Shown here: positions 26,566 through 38,049 of the stretch, one piece after another | How the letters are laid out: each line of letters begins with the position of its first letter | Numbering within the stretch: position 1 is the first letter of the stretch | Source of the DNA: Cycas panzhihuaensis | Lineage: Eukaryota > Plantae > Cycadophyta | DNA: 64,000 nucleotides | Direction: 5' to 3' | Assembly (NCBI GenBank): GCA_023213395.1 | Contig: CM041465.1 | Coordinates: 251,603,741 to 251,667,740, forward strand | Made by a program: the position numbers and the translations under genes | The notes under the pieces: generated by a model | The model's input: only the letters and a program-made list of their open reading frames with translations | The model's database searches: none | What the model was told of the DNA's origin: nothing

Positions 26566-29500
26566 TGTTAGAACATAATGTCTAATCCTTTTGTATATTA
26601 ATGACACATGTCAATAACATGTGTCATTATGCTCTGTATCAGTTACAAAGTAGTTCCAGAGGGTTATAAACCCTAATTGTATATATTTACTCTTATACTC
26701 TCAATAAGATCATCAAGTATTCTTCATCTACCATTGTAGCATCAATCTTACATGGTATCAGAGCCATTTTAGGTCTAGATCTTGTCTAGAGAAGCATTTC
26801 CGTATGATTGTACGGACACGTCCGTACACCATTAAGGTCAAAAAAAAAATTGTCTCAGAATTTGATGAAATTTCACCTGGAGGGGTGCCTCGACCTTCTC
26901 TTCACTTTTCTCCAAAGGACTGAACTCAAATTTTGTCATTTTGATGCCCTAAATACTGCCCAAAGCCGTATGGCCACCATTGAAGATTTTTGCTCATTTC
27001 TCACTATACGGATGCCTATACTAGGAAAACCTAGTATCAGTAGAAAGCCCTCGACATAAGCTTTCCATTGACATATGACTTGAAGGCCTTCTCCTTCAAA
27101 TCCGGAAGAAATCAACAAAATCGTGAAAAAATCCGAGCCACCCATTGGAGTTTCGTCTGGCTTCTCCTCACTGAGAGGTCCATTCAAAAAAATAGTTGCA
27201 AATTGGGAATCTACACATCAAGGCTGTCCTTTTGACACCTCTTTCAAAGCATTTTGAGAAAGTTGATTTTTTGACTCATTATTATACAATACCGCCACCT
27301 GTACAACTGTCAGCAATAGTTTTTAATCTCAGGAAAGCTCTCAAAAAACCTCCTTGCTGCATTTTCTTGTTTTGTTTGAGTATTCTAGTCTCTTTCATTC
27401 CTTAAAAAATTATATATTAAAAAGAGAGATACATTTGTTGCACTTGCCTTCTTCTTCTCCCACGGGTAGATAACACTGCTTGGCATCTACCCGTTCCCAG
27501 CCTTAAAGACCCTGTTATAGGGGTCTATAAAAATCTTGTTGGATCTATTGTTCTTAGCTAACCACGTTGGGAGTTTGAAACCGTCATATGAAGTGAGGGG
27601 AACCGAAAGGACCCAATACCTGGGCCTCAGATAGAATTCACTCATGGATTTGAGCCTCCATGTATCGAAAGGTATCTAGGAGGACCATATAGGACCTTAA
27701 GCCCAACCTAAATTAGGGAGCCCGACTGACCGCTGAAGCCTCATAGTGCAATGGTTAGCGGTTAGCACCATGAAGCTACCTGTCTCGAATCTCCATTGGA
27801 GGTTTATCGACAGGCCTACAAGTCCATGTAATCCCGTGTCTAGACTTGATAGAATTACTCACCTTCTCATGGCTTCCTCTCTTCGACTTTCCGAGTCTGA
27901 AAAACTCACTGGTGATAACTATGAATCATGGAAGACCAAGATGAGATCCATACTAGTGGCTTAAGGTGCATGGGACCAGATGGAGAGCATCAAACCTGAG
28001 CCTACAGATGCTGCTGAAAAGAAGGTGCACATGGAACAAAAAGGTCTTGCACTTGCCTCCATAACTCCGATTCTGCACTCCATCTTACCTCACATAGTCG
28101 GCGCCACCGCTCCTCATGAAGCCTGGACCACATTGAAGACCTTGTATGCCCAGAAAAACATAGCTCGTGTCATGGAACTCAAAAGCCAAATGGCTACCCT
28201 AAGGATGTCTGAATTGGAAAACTTCGACTCCTTTCTTGGACGATTCAAGCTACTTCATGAAAACCTGATGTCAGTTGGACTGAGTTATTCAAATGGTGAC
28301 CTCATTGATCTTATTATACACAAACTTCCTGCTCGATTCTGGAACTTTATTACATCTTACAAGTTGACGGCAGAAATTGCATAACCCTCATTCACTACTG
28401 TTTGTGGCCAACTTCTACATCATGATTAGACTGAAACCAATCTGAAAAACGAGTTAGAAAATGCATTTTCATCCAGAGTGAGTATACGAGGCAAGGGCAC
28501 CACCAATAGAGGTGTTTTTTGTGGATCAGACCAAGGGAGAAGACGACCCACAAACTATATTCCTGGTAGAGGACCATCTTCTCCTCGCACTCACCCCATC
28601 CAATACTCAGGAGGATGACTTGGTCACCAAATCATCTGCTATTATTGTGGAAAAACGGGTCACTACACCACCAACTGTCGTCACCACAAAGCTGACATGG
28701 AAAGGGGGATCATAGCTTCAGGTAGCTACTCAGGACAACTTGACAGAAAGGAGTCAATTGAAGAAGAAGAGACTGCGTTTGTAATAGCTCTTTCCTTAGC
28801 AGTAAAGAACAAAAATCATGATGATTAGTTTATAGACTCTGGAGCTTCTAGATACATGATCCACAGGCGAGCTTGGTTCAACAGTATAAGCCCTTATCAA
28901 AATTGTAGCTCAGTCGAACTTGGAGATGAAACCACCCATCCAATACAAGGACATGGAACAATGCCTATTACCTTGCCAGATGGAAACACTGAAAAAGTTG
29001 GCTGTGTGCTCTATGTACCAGGGATGACAAAAAACCTGTTATCTATATCTCAGCTGATAGATAACAAGCTCCAAGTCCTATTTGATGGTGATGGATGTGT
29101 TATTTTTGATAAATACAAAGGGAACAAAGTAATTGGTGAGGGCATTAAAACCAATGGATTGTACAAATTTCTTGCCACACCAGTTCACACTGCCCTTCAT
29201 GTAACTAAAAATGATGATAATGGAAAACTTTGGCATTTGCGCTATGGTCATTTGTCTTATGATGCTTTATCCTTATTAAGCAAACATGATATGGTGCATG
29301 GACTTCCATGGATAAAAAAATCCAACTCTATTTATAACACATGCATGATGTGCAAACAACATAAACTGCAATTCTCTACCAGCACTACCAGGGCACATTG
29401 CAAATTGCAACTAATTCATAGTGATCTCTGCGGTCCATTCACTCCCCCATCCTTGCAAGGGGCGCGCTACTATTTGACTTTCATAAACGATTGCACCAGA

Positions 29501-32102
29501 AAGATCTAGATATATTTTCTTAACTTAAAATTTGATGTATTTGACACCTTTCTTAAATTCAAAGTCAAAGTTGGAAAAGAAAGTGAATGTAACATTAAAT
29601 GCTTGAGGACCGATAATGGTGGGGAATTCACATCCAATGAATTCACACAATATTGCAAGAAAAATGGTATACAAAGATAATTTACAACTCCCTACACTCC
29701 ACAATCCAATGGAATGGCTGAGAGGAAAATAGGACCATAACAGAGATGACTCGTTCCTTGCTAAAATAAAAAGGGGTAAGCAACAAATATTGGGTCAAGC
29801 AAATAATCTGACTATATACCTTCTCAACAAAAGTCCAACTAAAGCTCTGGAGAACATAACCCCTAAAGAAGCGTGGTTGGGTCAGAAACTAGATGTCTCA
29901 TACCTTCGAGTCTTTGGATCAACTGTCTACATGCACATTCCTACTGAAAAGAGAGAGAAATTAGATGATAAAAGTAAAAGATGCATTCTTGTGGGATACA
30001 GTGAAGTATCCAAAGCATATCGATGCCTAGATCCTCAAACCAACAAGATCTATCCTAGTAGGGATGTGCACTTTGATGAATCAACTGATGAAGAGTAGGT
30101 TGATGGGAAAATTGTACCTACTCAATCAGTTGACATCATCGTACGAAGTTGGACTCAATCTCACTCTGAGATAGATCAAGGTGAACAATAAGGAACAAAA
30201 AGTGCACCACCACTGGTTGTCACTACAAGTGTCTTTGATGAAGGATCACACTTATCTGAACAAAACAAGGCTGTCAACAACTCAATTCAACTGCAAAATC
30301 CCTCACAAAAAAGGTGCCAAAATGGTACTTGAAAACAATAGAGGAATCTAGAGTAAATCTAGATCTCATTCAAGAAAGGAAAATAAGCAGAAGTCAAACG
30401 CATCATGGACTCGCTGCTTAACATGATATATCATATCAATAAGCCCAAAATGATCCTCATTGGAAAGAAGCAATGAATGAAGAAATGGAATCAATCTACA
30501 GTAATAAAACCTGGGAACTTAGTACTCCTCCTCAAGGAAAACCCATCATTGGATGTAGATGGTTGTATAAAATCAAAGAAAAATCTGATGGATCAATTGA
30601 GAAATATAATGCCCGACTTGTTGCAAAAGGCTATTCTCAAACTCAAGGAATATATTATGATGCCCTAGCTGCACAAAATAATTGGCTAATGTATCAAATG
30701 GATGTCAAAGGAGCCTTTCTCAATGGAGATCTTCATGAGGAAGTATATATGGAACAACCACCAGGATACGTCACACAAGGATAGGAACACCTTGTCTGCA
30801 AACTTAACAAGGCTCTTTATGGACTAAAACAGGCTCCTAGGGCTTGGTATGCAAAGATGGACTCCTACCTGCAAAGTCTTGGAATGAAGCAATCGTGTCG
30901 ACTGCCTTTATATTCACACTGACAAGAATGACAAAGTCACCATTCTTGTACCGTATGTAGATGATCTGATACTCACCAGTAGTAACACCAAGTAGATCAA
31001 CTCTTTGTGACTTCAATTGTCCAAAACCTTCAAAATGATAGATCTGGGGAAAATCCACTACTACCTAGGAATAGAAATTCATAAGCTAAAGGGTGGAATC
31101 TTCATACATTAAAGTAAGTATGCGGCACACATATTAGAAGACTTTGGTATGACGGACTGCAAACCATCTCTCACACCCATGTGCTCTAGAACCAAGCTCA
31201 CTACTGATCTTGATGGGGAACCAGTAAATGAAACTCATTACAAAAAACTAGTTGGAAATCTCGTATATCTCACTTCAACTAGACCAAACATTGCAATTGC
31301 AGTAGGTTTAATCTCAAGGTACATGTCTGCCCCAAAGGTATCACATTGGAAAGTAGCCAAGCATATTCTTCGTTACCTGTAAGGATTAAAGACATATGGT
31401 ATTTACTATAGTAATCAAGGATCAAATCTATTAACCGGGTACGTAGACTCGGACTGGGCAAGAGACATTGACAGTAAAAAAATCTACCTTTGGATATTGT
31501 TTCGACCTAGAAAATAGTATTGTATCTTGGAGAACGAAGAAACAATCCACTATATCATTATCTACATCCGAAGCAGAATATGAGGCAGCAGTTCAATCCT
31601 CCTCTGAGGCTATCTGGCTAAGATGTCTTTTGGATGAACTACAGTTTTCTCAAAAGGCTGCAATCGTAATCAACTGTAACAATTAGAGCACCATTCGAAT
31701 GATGAAGAACCCAGTTTTTCATGCCCAAACGAAAGATATTGAATTTTATCATCACTTCATCCGAGAGAAAGTAGACAAAGGGGAAGTTAAATTGTCCTAT
31801 TGTCCAAGTTCAGAACAATTAGCTAATATCTTCACAAAACCTCTTCGTAAGGAGAGTTCATGTACCTCAGAGATAAGATCGGTATGAAGGAAAAGGACAT
31901 GACATTAAGAGGGGATGTTAGAATATAATGTCTAATCCTTTTGTATATTAATGACACGTGTCAATAACACGTGTCATTATGCTATGTATCGATTACAAAG
32001 TAGTTCCAGAGGGTTATAAACCCTAATTGTATATATATACTCTTATACTCTCAATAAGATCATCAAGTATTCTTCATCTGCCATTGTAGCATCAATCCTA
32101 CA
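26566..32102 (+). mobile_element. Full-length decayed Ty1/Copia inserted into the PBS of the BRCT-carrying element
   Basis: 187-bp LTRs at 26566-26752 and 31916-32102 (~9 mismatches by eye). PBS 26753-26764, PPT TTAAGAGGGGA to 31915, TSD TCAAA/TAAGA (consensus TCAGA). Confidence 0.93.
27869..31905 (+). pseudogene. Copia gag-pol pseudogene
   Basis: Gag MASSLRLSESEKLTGDNYESWK, knuckle CYYCGKTGHYTTNC, protease [52 protein letters not shown] (internal deletion before ALAAQNNW) and YVDDLIL, RNaseH SWRTKKQ. Confidence 0.93.
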
Positions 32103-32837
32103 TAAGAGTAGCCTTCCTGCCCTGTGAAAATTTATTTTGAATTTCAATAACATCGTACAATAGTCTATCTCAATGGAATATACTCCAACATTGGCTACAA
32201 ACAACTCCAATCAAACAAGCATTGCTCATGGACTAGCTTAATCTACCACGCTAAGGTTGTGAAAATCGTAACCATAAGTGGGCAACCTTTTACAAGTAAC
32301 TACTATAATATTTACACATAGACAACAAGAGGTAATTTAAGTGGCAATCATAAACATTATGCATACGCATATTGATCATTCACGCCAAAAAAAAAAAAAA
32401 AAAAATGCAAATATTATTTTATCTATTCATGTGACTTCATAACAAATATGTCATTGCCCAAAGTAATACTCTGCATAATTATAATAGTGTGCATAATATA
32501 AACCAACAAGTCCGTATTAATTCAATGAGCATATTTTGTAAATCAATTCGTCATTCTATGTAATATATATTTTGGTGAAAATATTATAGGGACGCTGTCA
32601 CGGAGATTATTACATAATTAGTTTACCTGAGCTGTAAACCTGTCTCAGCTTATGCAGTATCACCCACACTATTAAATAAGATAAGAGTTATCAATTACAC
32701 CAGCATATAAACTCATACGTGTTGCAAACCGACACCAATATCTCTGCCTGAAACTATATCATTGCATATTCATTTTCATCATATATTCATTATTATAATC
32801 AACATTACATCACCAAATATTTGGCATTATATAATTG

Positions 32838-32839
<2 letters not shown>

Positions 32840-32913
<74 letters not shown>
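32840..32913. repeat. (TA)n microsatellite, ~37 units
   Basis: Direct reading. Confidence 0.97.
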
Positions 32914-32915
<2 letters not shown>

Positions 32916-33022
32916 TCGCCTCAATAATATACATACACAAGCAAGCATAACGGGTTAATGCATAAGTTTACAATACACAGGTGGATACTGTGAAAGTGCT
33001 TGTAAGTTTGAGTAAAAGAAAA

Positions 33023-35273
33023 TCTCACTCAGTTGACGACACACGCCTTGTTACGAGCATTACAGCATTACGCCTGATAAGTGAGGCATTACATCGATAT
33101 ATTGTACTAGACGCCACACATTAAAAAGGGAATAGTTAATCATCATCGCTGAACTGAGTAAGACGGATAACAGAGTAATTTTCTGGCAGCTACTCATTAA
33201 TCTCACCACACATAGGCTTGAGAAATTCAAACAGAGTCTCTATATATTTTTCATCATTTATCCATTTTGTCATGGGGCCATTGCCTCTCTCAGTGCCCTA
33301 GTTCCATCGCGTTGTTCTGTCGTCCGGTTAAGGTAGGGTTGATTCCCTGTACCCTCGCCATCGTTGCCCGGTCCTCAGCAGCTCCAGCTATTAATCATCG
33401 GCTGCATATTATTTATACAACTACGTATATTATATCCAAGCTTTTACACTCTTGCAGCCAATACGCAGTTGTATAAACACTGTGAAATGTCGCATCAATT
33501 GTATTTATTACCACAACTTATACAGTCTAAATTGTTATATTCACTGCAATGGCCATATTTATTATTATTATATTCTAACTTTCTACATATTCCATTGGCA
33601 CATAAATTTGATCAGCGCATGTTAGATGCGGAATAAAAGTGCACATTTCACAACGGACTATTAAATTGGGTGGAGAGACTATTTAATTGGAATATAAATG
33701 CACATTTTACAACAGATTATTTAATTGGATGGAGATATTTAGGGCATTATAATAAGCTATATATATCAAGTTATATTGTGTAACTCAATTGTAATATTCT
33801 TCTTTAAAAAGTGACTTAATCAGTCATTTATTCCAATATTAAAGTGGCACGTTATTGTGGTAATACAATTTCAACTGTGATTTCAATTATAAGTTGCACT
33901 TTACATGTGATTAGATACAATTTTCATTGAGAATTTTATATTTTGAAGGCATTACGAGATTATAAACACACTTTAGGCTTACAACAATCGTAAGTTATGA
34001 AAAGCATATTGCCATAGTTTCTAAGAAGACAAGGTCTACATATTTTAACACATTGCATTTCTCTTGTATGTGTGTATATATATTCAAAAACAAGGCAAGA
34101 GAATGCGGCTATTATTTCATGGAGTAATATTTGTGTTAGTAGGATTGTCTTACTCAGTTGACGACACACGCCTTGTTACAAGCATTACAACATTACGCCT
34201 GATAAGTGAGGCATTACATCGATATATTGTACTAGACGCCACACATTAAAAAGGGAATAGTTAATCATCATCGTTGAACTAAGTAAGACGGATAACAGAG
34301 TAATTTTCTGGCAGCTACTCATTAATCTCACCACACATAGGCTTGAGAAATTCAAACAGAGTCTCTATATATTTTTCATCATTTATCCATTCTGTCATGG
34401 GGCCATTGCCTCTCTCGGTGCCCTAGTTCCATCGCGTTGTTCTCTCGTCCGGTTAAGGTAAGGTTGATTCCCTGTACCCTCCCCATCGTTGCCCGGTCCT
34501 CGACAGCTCTAGTTATTAATCATCGGTTGCATATTATTTATACAACTACGTATATTATATCCAAGCTTTTACACTCTTGCAGCCAATACGCAGTTGTATA
34601 AACACTGTGAAATGTCACATCAATTGTATTTATTACCACAACTTATACAGTCTAAATTGTTATATTCATTGCAATGGCCATATTTATTATTATTATATTC
34701 TAACTTTCTACATATTCCATTGGCACATAAATTTGATCAACGCATATTAGATACGGAATAAAAGTGCACATTTCACAACGGACTGTTAAATTGGGTGGAG
34801 AGACTATTTAATTGGAATATAAGTGCACATTTTACAACAGATTATTTAATTGGATGGAGATATTTAGGGCATTATAATAAGCTATATATATATTAAGTTA
34901 TATTGTATAACTCAATTGTAATATTCTTCTTTAAAAAGTGACTTAATCAGTCATTTATTCCAATATTAAAGTGGCACGTTATTGTGGTAATACAATTTCA
35001 ACTGTGATTTCAATTATAAGTTGCACTTTACATGTGATTAGATACAATTTTCACTGAGAATTTTATATTTTGAAGGCATTACGAGATTATAAACATACTT
35101 TAGGCTTACAACAATCGTAAGTTATGAAAAGCATATTGCCATAGTTTTTAAGAAGACAAGGTCTACATATTTTAATACATTGCATTTCTCTTGTATGTGT
35201 GTATATATATTCAAAAACAAGGCAAGAAAATGTGGTTATTATTTCATGGAGTAATATTTGTGTTAGTAGGATT
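33023..35273 (+). repeat. Tandem duplication of a ~1.13-kb unit (leader plus first ~15 BRCT codons)
   Basis: TCT(C/T)ACTCAGTTGACGACACACGCC starts at 33023 and 34148. Both units end GTGTTAGTAGGATT (34146, 35273). ORFs 34064 and 35191 share their N-terminus. Confidence 0.95.
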
Positions 35274-36423
35274 TGATCCTACAACAAAAAACAAATATGC
35301 AATAGAACTTATGTACCATGGGGCATTCAATGCAAGACAATATGACACAAGTTGTAGTCATGTCATTGTTTACGAATTATCATATTATAATCCTATTTGT
35401 GCTATGGCTAGGAAGGATGGGAGGGTGTTGGTTACACATTTATGGATTGCAGATAGTTTGGCAAGTGGAATATTTGTAGCTATTGATAAGATATTATACA
35501 AACCTATAAGAAATATGAAATGCATTCTAGGTAGTGTATCCTTATGCATTTGCTTAATCGGGTATTAAGGTCAAGATCGTTGTGATATTATGAGAATGGT
35601 TGAAATAATGGGAGCACGATTTATAAAGCCATTGATTGCAAGTGAGGTAACACATTTCATTTGTTACAAGTATGAAGGCGACAAGTATAGGGTTGCTAAA
35701 CAAATGGGAATAAAATTAGTCAGTCATCATTATCTTGAAGATTGTTTGAAGGCTTGGGCATTACTTCCCAAATAAATTTACTTGAAAAGTGGATGGGAAG
35801 TGGAACTTTTGGAAGCAATAGTTGATCCACCTTTATTAACAACACACAACCAAGACTCATACAGTTATTGTACTGGTTTACATGAACCTCTTTAGGTGCC
35901 AAGTTCCAAACTGTTTTCATATTCTATGTCAGACAAATTAGTTTTCATAAATAAGGAATTGTCAAAGATAAAAGTTTCAATCAAAGAACATGCAGTAGCA
36001 AAGACTTATGAAAAATTGGAAAGAAATGAGAAGCTTTCAAATATAGAAAGTGAAGATAAACATAAAGAATCATCTCCGACATTAGTAAACTTAAATGACG
36101 CTTACTTATTAGTGTTAGATAAGAAATTAAAGGAACAAGTAAAAAGATTATAGGGGTTACATCGAGAAAATTCATTTAAGAATCATGAAAAACATATGGA
36201 TAAATCTATCAACAACGCAGATGATGATGGTATATCTATATTAAAAACCAATAAAAAACAAGATCATGCAACACATAAGGAAAAAGAGCTGACAACCCAA
36301 ATCATAATCCTGACATATGATTTGAGCATGCAAGAAGAAGAAAATAATATACTACAGGAAAATAAGGACAACTCATTGGTAGTCGACAAGGACAAAATGT
36401 TAGTGTCGTTCCCAAAAAAATAA
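35230..36423 (+). pseudogene. Intronless tandem-BRCT pseudogene (At4g02110-like N-terminus) fused in frame to a charged low-complexity region
   Basis: ORFs 35191, 35590, 35896 and 36196 share one frame, broken only by stops. LFHGVIFVLVGFDP...CSHVIV...PICAMARKDGRVLVTHLWIADS...LYKP...ICLIGY*GQDRCDIMRMVEIMGARFIKPLIASEVTHFICYKYEGDKYRVAKQMGIKLVSHHYLEDCLKAWALLP*..SGWEVELLEA matches, from memory, the two N-terminal BRCT domains of plant At4g02110-type proteins. Confidence 0.85.
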
Positions 36424-37125
36424 TATAACAATTTATAAAAATATCAAGTATATACCAAAATGGTCACTAATACTAGTGGTGATATCTACATTTTTTGATC
36501 AATTGAAGAAGGACCAAACAGTACTAATAACATCTCTTGTTCAATCTAAACAAAAGTCACCGATACTGACAACAAACTCACCTCTTAATCAACCAAATAA
36601 TACAAATTGAATAACTATATCTTAAGTACATGAGGATTTCTCAGTGTCAGCAATAACTATTTCACCTCCTAATAAATTTGAGAAGTTTTTGAGTATTGGT
36701 ATAAAACCATACATTTTAAAACAATAGCACATATGTCGACAAATTGAAGATAAAATCAAATGGAAGATACCATGGCAACAATCCTCATATGATAGGCAAA
36801 GACATACAAGAATTCAACATTTTTGTAATTGGTATCTACCGAAGAATTCCACTTGGTCCACAACTGCATCAATTTATTCAATCTTGCCATTGTATGCATA
36901 TTTGTTATTGTTTAAGGTTCTAAAAGTGCGACCAGATGATATACATCAGATGATTATGATATTCTTTTATCAACAAGAGGAGACATCAAACTAATCGTTA
37001 TTTCAATCAGGTTTTGAAAACGAAAAATTTCAAGAAGAAGGTCTTGTTACAAACCACCTTGAATGAAGTAATCAACCAATCATTCGAATATGTTTCGTGG
37101 GCGAAACATCTTAAGGGGGAAGAAT

Positions 37126-37370
37126 TGTTACGATCCTCCTAAGGGGTTAACTAATTGATTATTAAATGAAAGGGTGTTTTGTGAATAGTTGTGACCTTTC
37201 AGTGAAAAGGCATATTATACATATAAATATGGCCTCCGATATATTGTAAAACATAATTCATTTTTATCAATCAATACTAATTGGTCTTTTGACTTCGATT
37301 CACCTTTAAACGTACGCGTGCTCTCTAAAATTTGTTAATCGTGCTCTAATTACGAAAAAGGTCCATAACA
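37126..37370 (+). repeat. 3' LTR of BRCT-carrying element
   Basis: TGTTACGATCCTCC...CCATAACA, preceded by a PPT and followed by TSD TAGTT. Confidence 0.92.
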
Positions 37371-38049
37371 TAGTTCCTTCTTTAAGACAACTTTTGTATA
37401 AGCTTCTACACTCGAATGATCCTGGGACCTGTGTGTACCATCTTCAACTTGCTTGAAGTCTTGCCTTCCATTTGTACATGGTGTCCATTGATAGTTATCC
37501 TTGAAGGGGAAATAGGAAAATGAAAAAGAAGGATAGGAGTTATGGAAATGAGATTAAGGGAGTTGATAAGGGAAATTTTGAGAATAAGGGTTTAAAGAGT
37601 AAAGGTAGGGTGGTGAGTTTGGTTGGGGATTGATCTGTGAATGATATGGGAGAATTATAGGGAGATGATGATAGATATGAGCTAGCCAAAAACATAGATA
37701 CACATGTTCGTCATGATATATGGGTATATATATCAAAGAGAATATAGGGTATTAATGAGTTGCATTAGGAGAAAAACTAGGAAGTAGTGTATATGGGGAT
37801 TTGTTTGGGGAATGGGATTTGTGAAGTGTAGGTTAGATAAGGAGTAAAGAAGAGAGATAGGTAGACAATGAGGATGATGATATATGAAATGAAAGGTAAA
37901 TGAGTTTGGATTTGCGAGTGAATTTAAGGTTTGAGGGGATTAAAGGGAGCAAGGGATAAGGGCTAATTACTCTTTATGGGAAAGAGGTTTTGATGGGGGT
38001 ATGAAAAGGTGGTTTATAGAGTAATGCAAATGGATAAGGGAAAAATATG

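Larger units (their letters stand above)
26309..37370 (+). mobile_element. Non-autonomous LTR retroelement carrying a captured tandem-BRCT reading frame
   Basis: 245-bp LTRs at 26309-26553 and 37126-37370 (~24 mismatches by eye). Perfect TSD TAGTT at 26304-26308 and 37371-37375. PBS starts at 26556 and is split by a Copia. PPT AAGGGGGAAGAA at 37113-37124. No gag/pol motifs in 32108-37112. Confidence 0.9.

Noticed and set aside
27585-27740. Hammerhead ribozyme (retrozyme) suggested by GAAA motifs
   Set aside because: No CUGANGA core correctly placed with the GAAA. The GAAA motifs sit as hairpin tetraloops.
27738-27803. tRNA/SINE-like look (TAGTGCAATGGTTAGC ... TCGAATC)
   Set aside because: No anticodon arm or proper cloverleaf. 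The same bases pair better in alternative hairpins of the Copia leader.
34064-34249. Separate 61-aa gene
   Set aside because: Chimeric by-product of the tandem duplication junction.
35191-35775. BRCT ORFs as exons of a functional host gene
   Set aside because: In-frame stops at conserved positions, no introns, and enclosure by LTRs with a TSD. Treated as a captured pseudogene.
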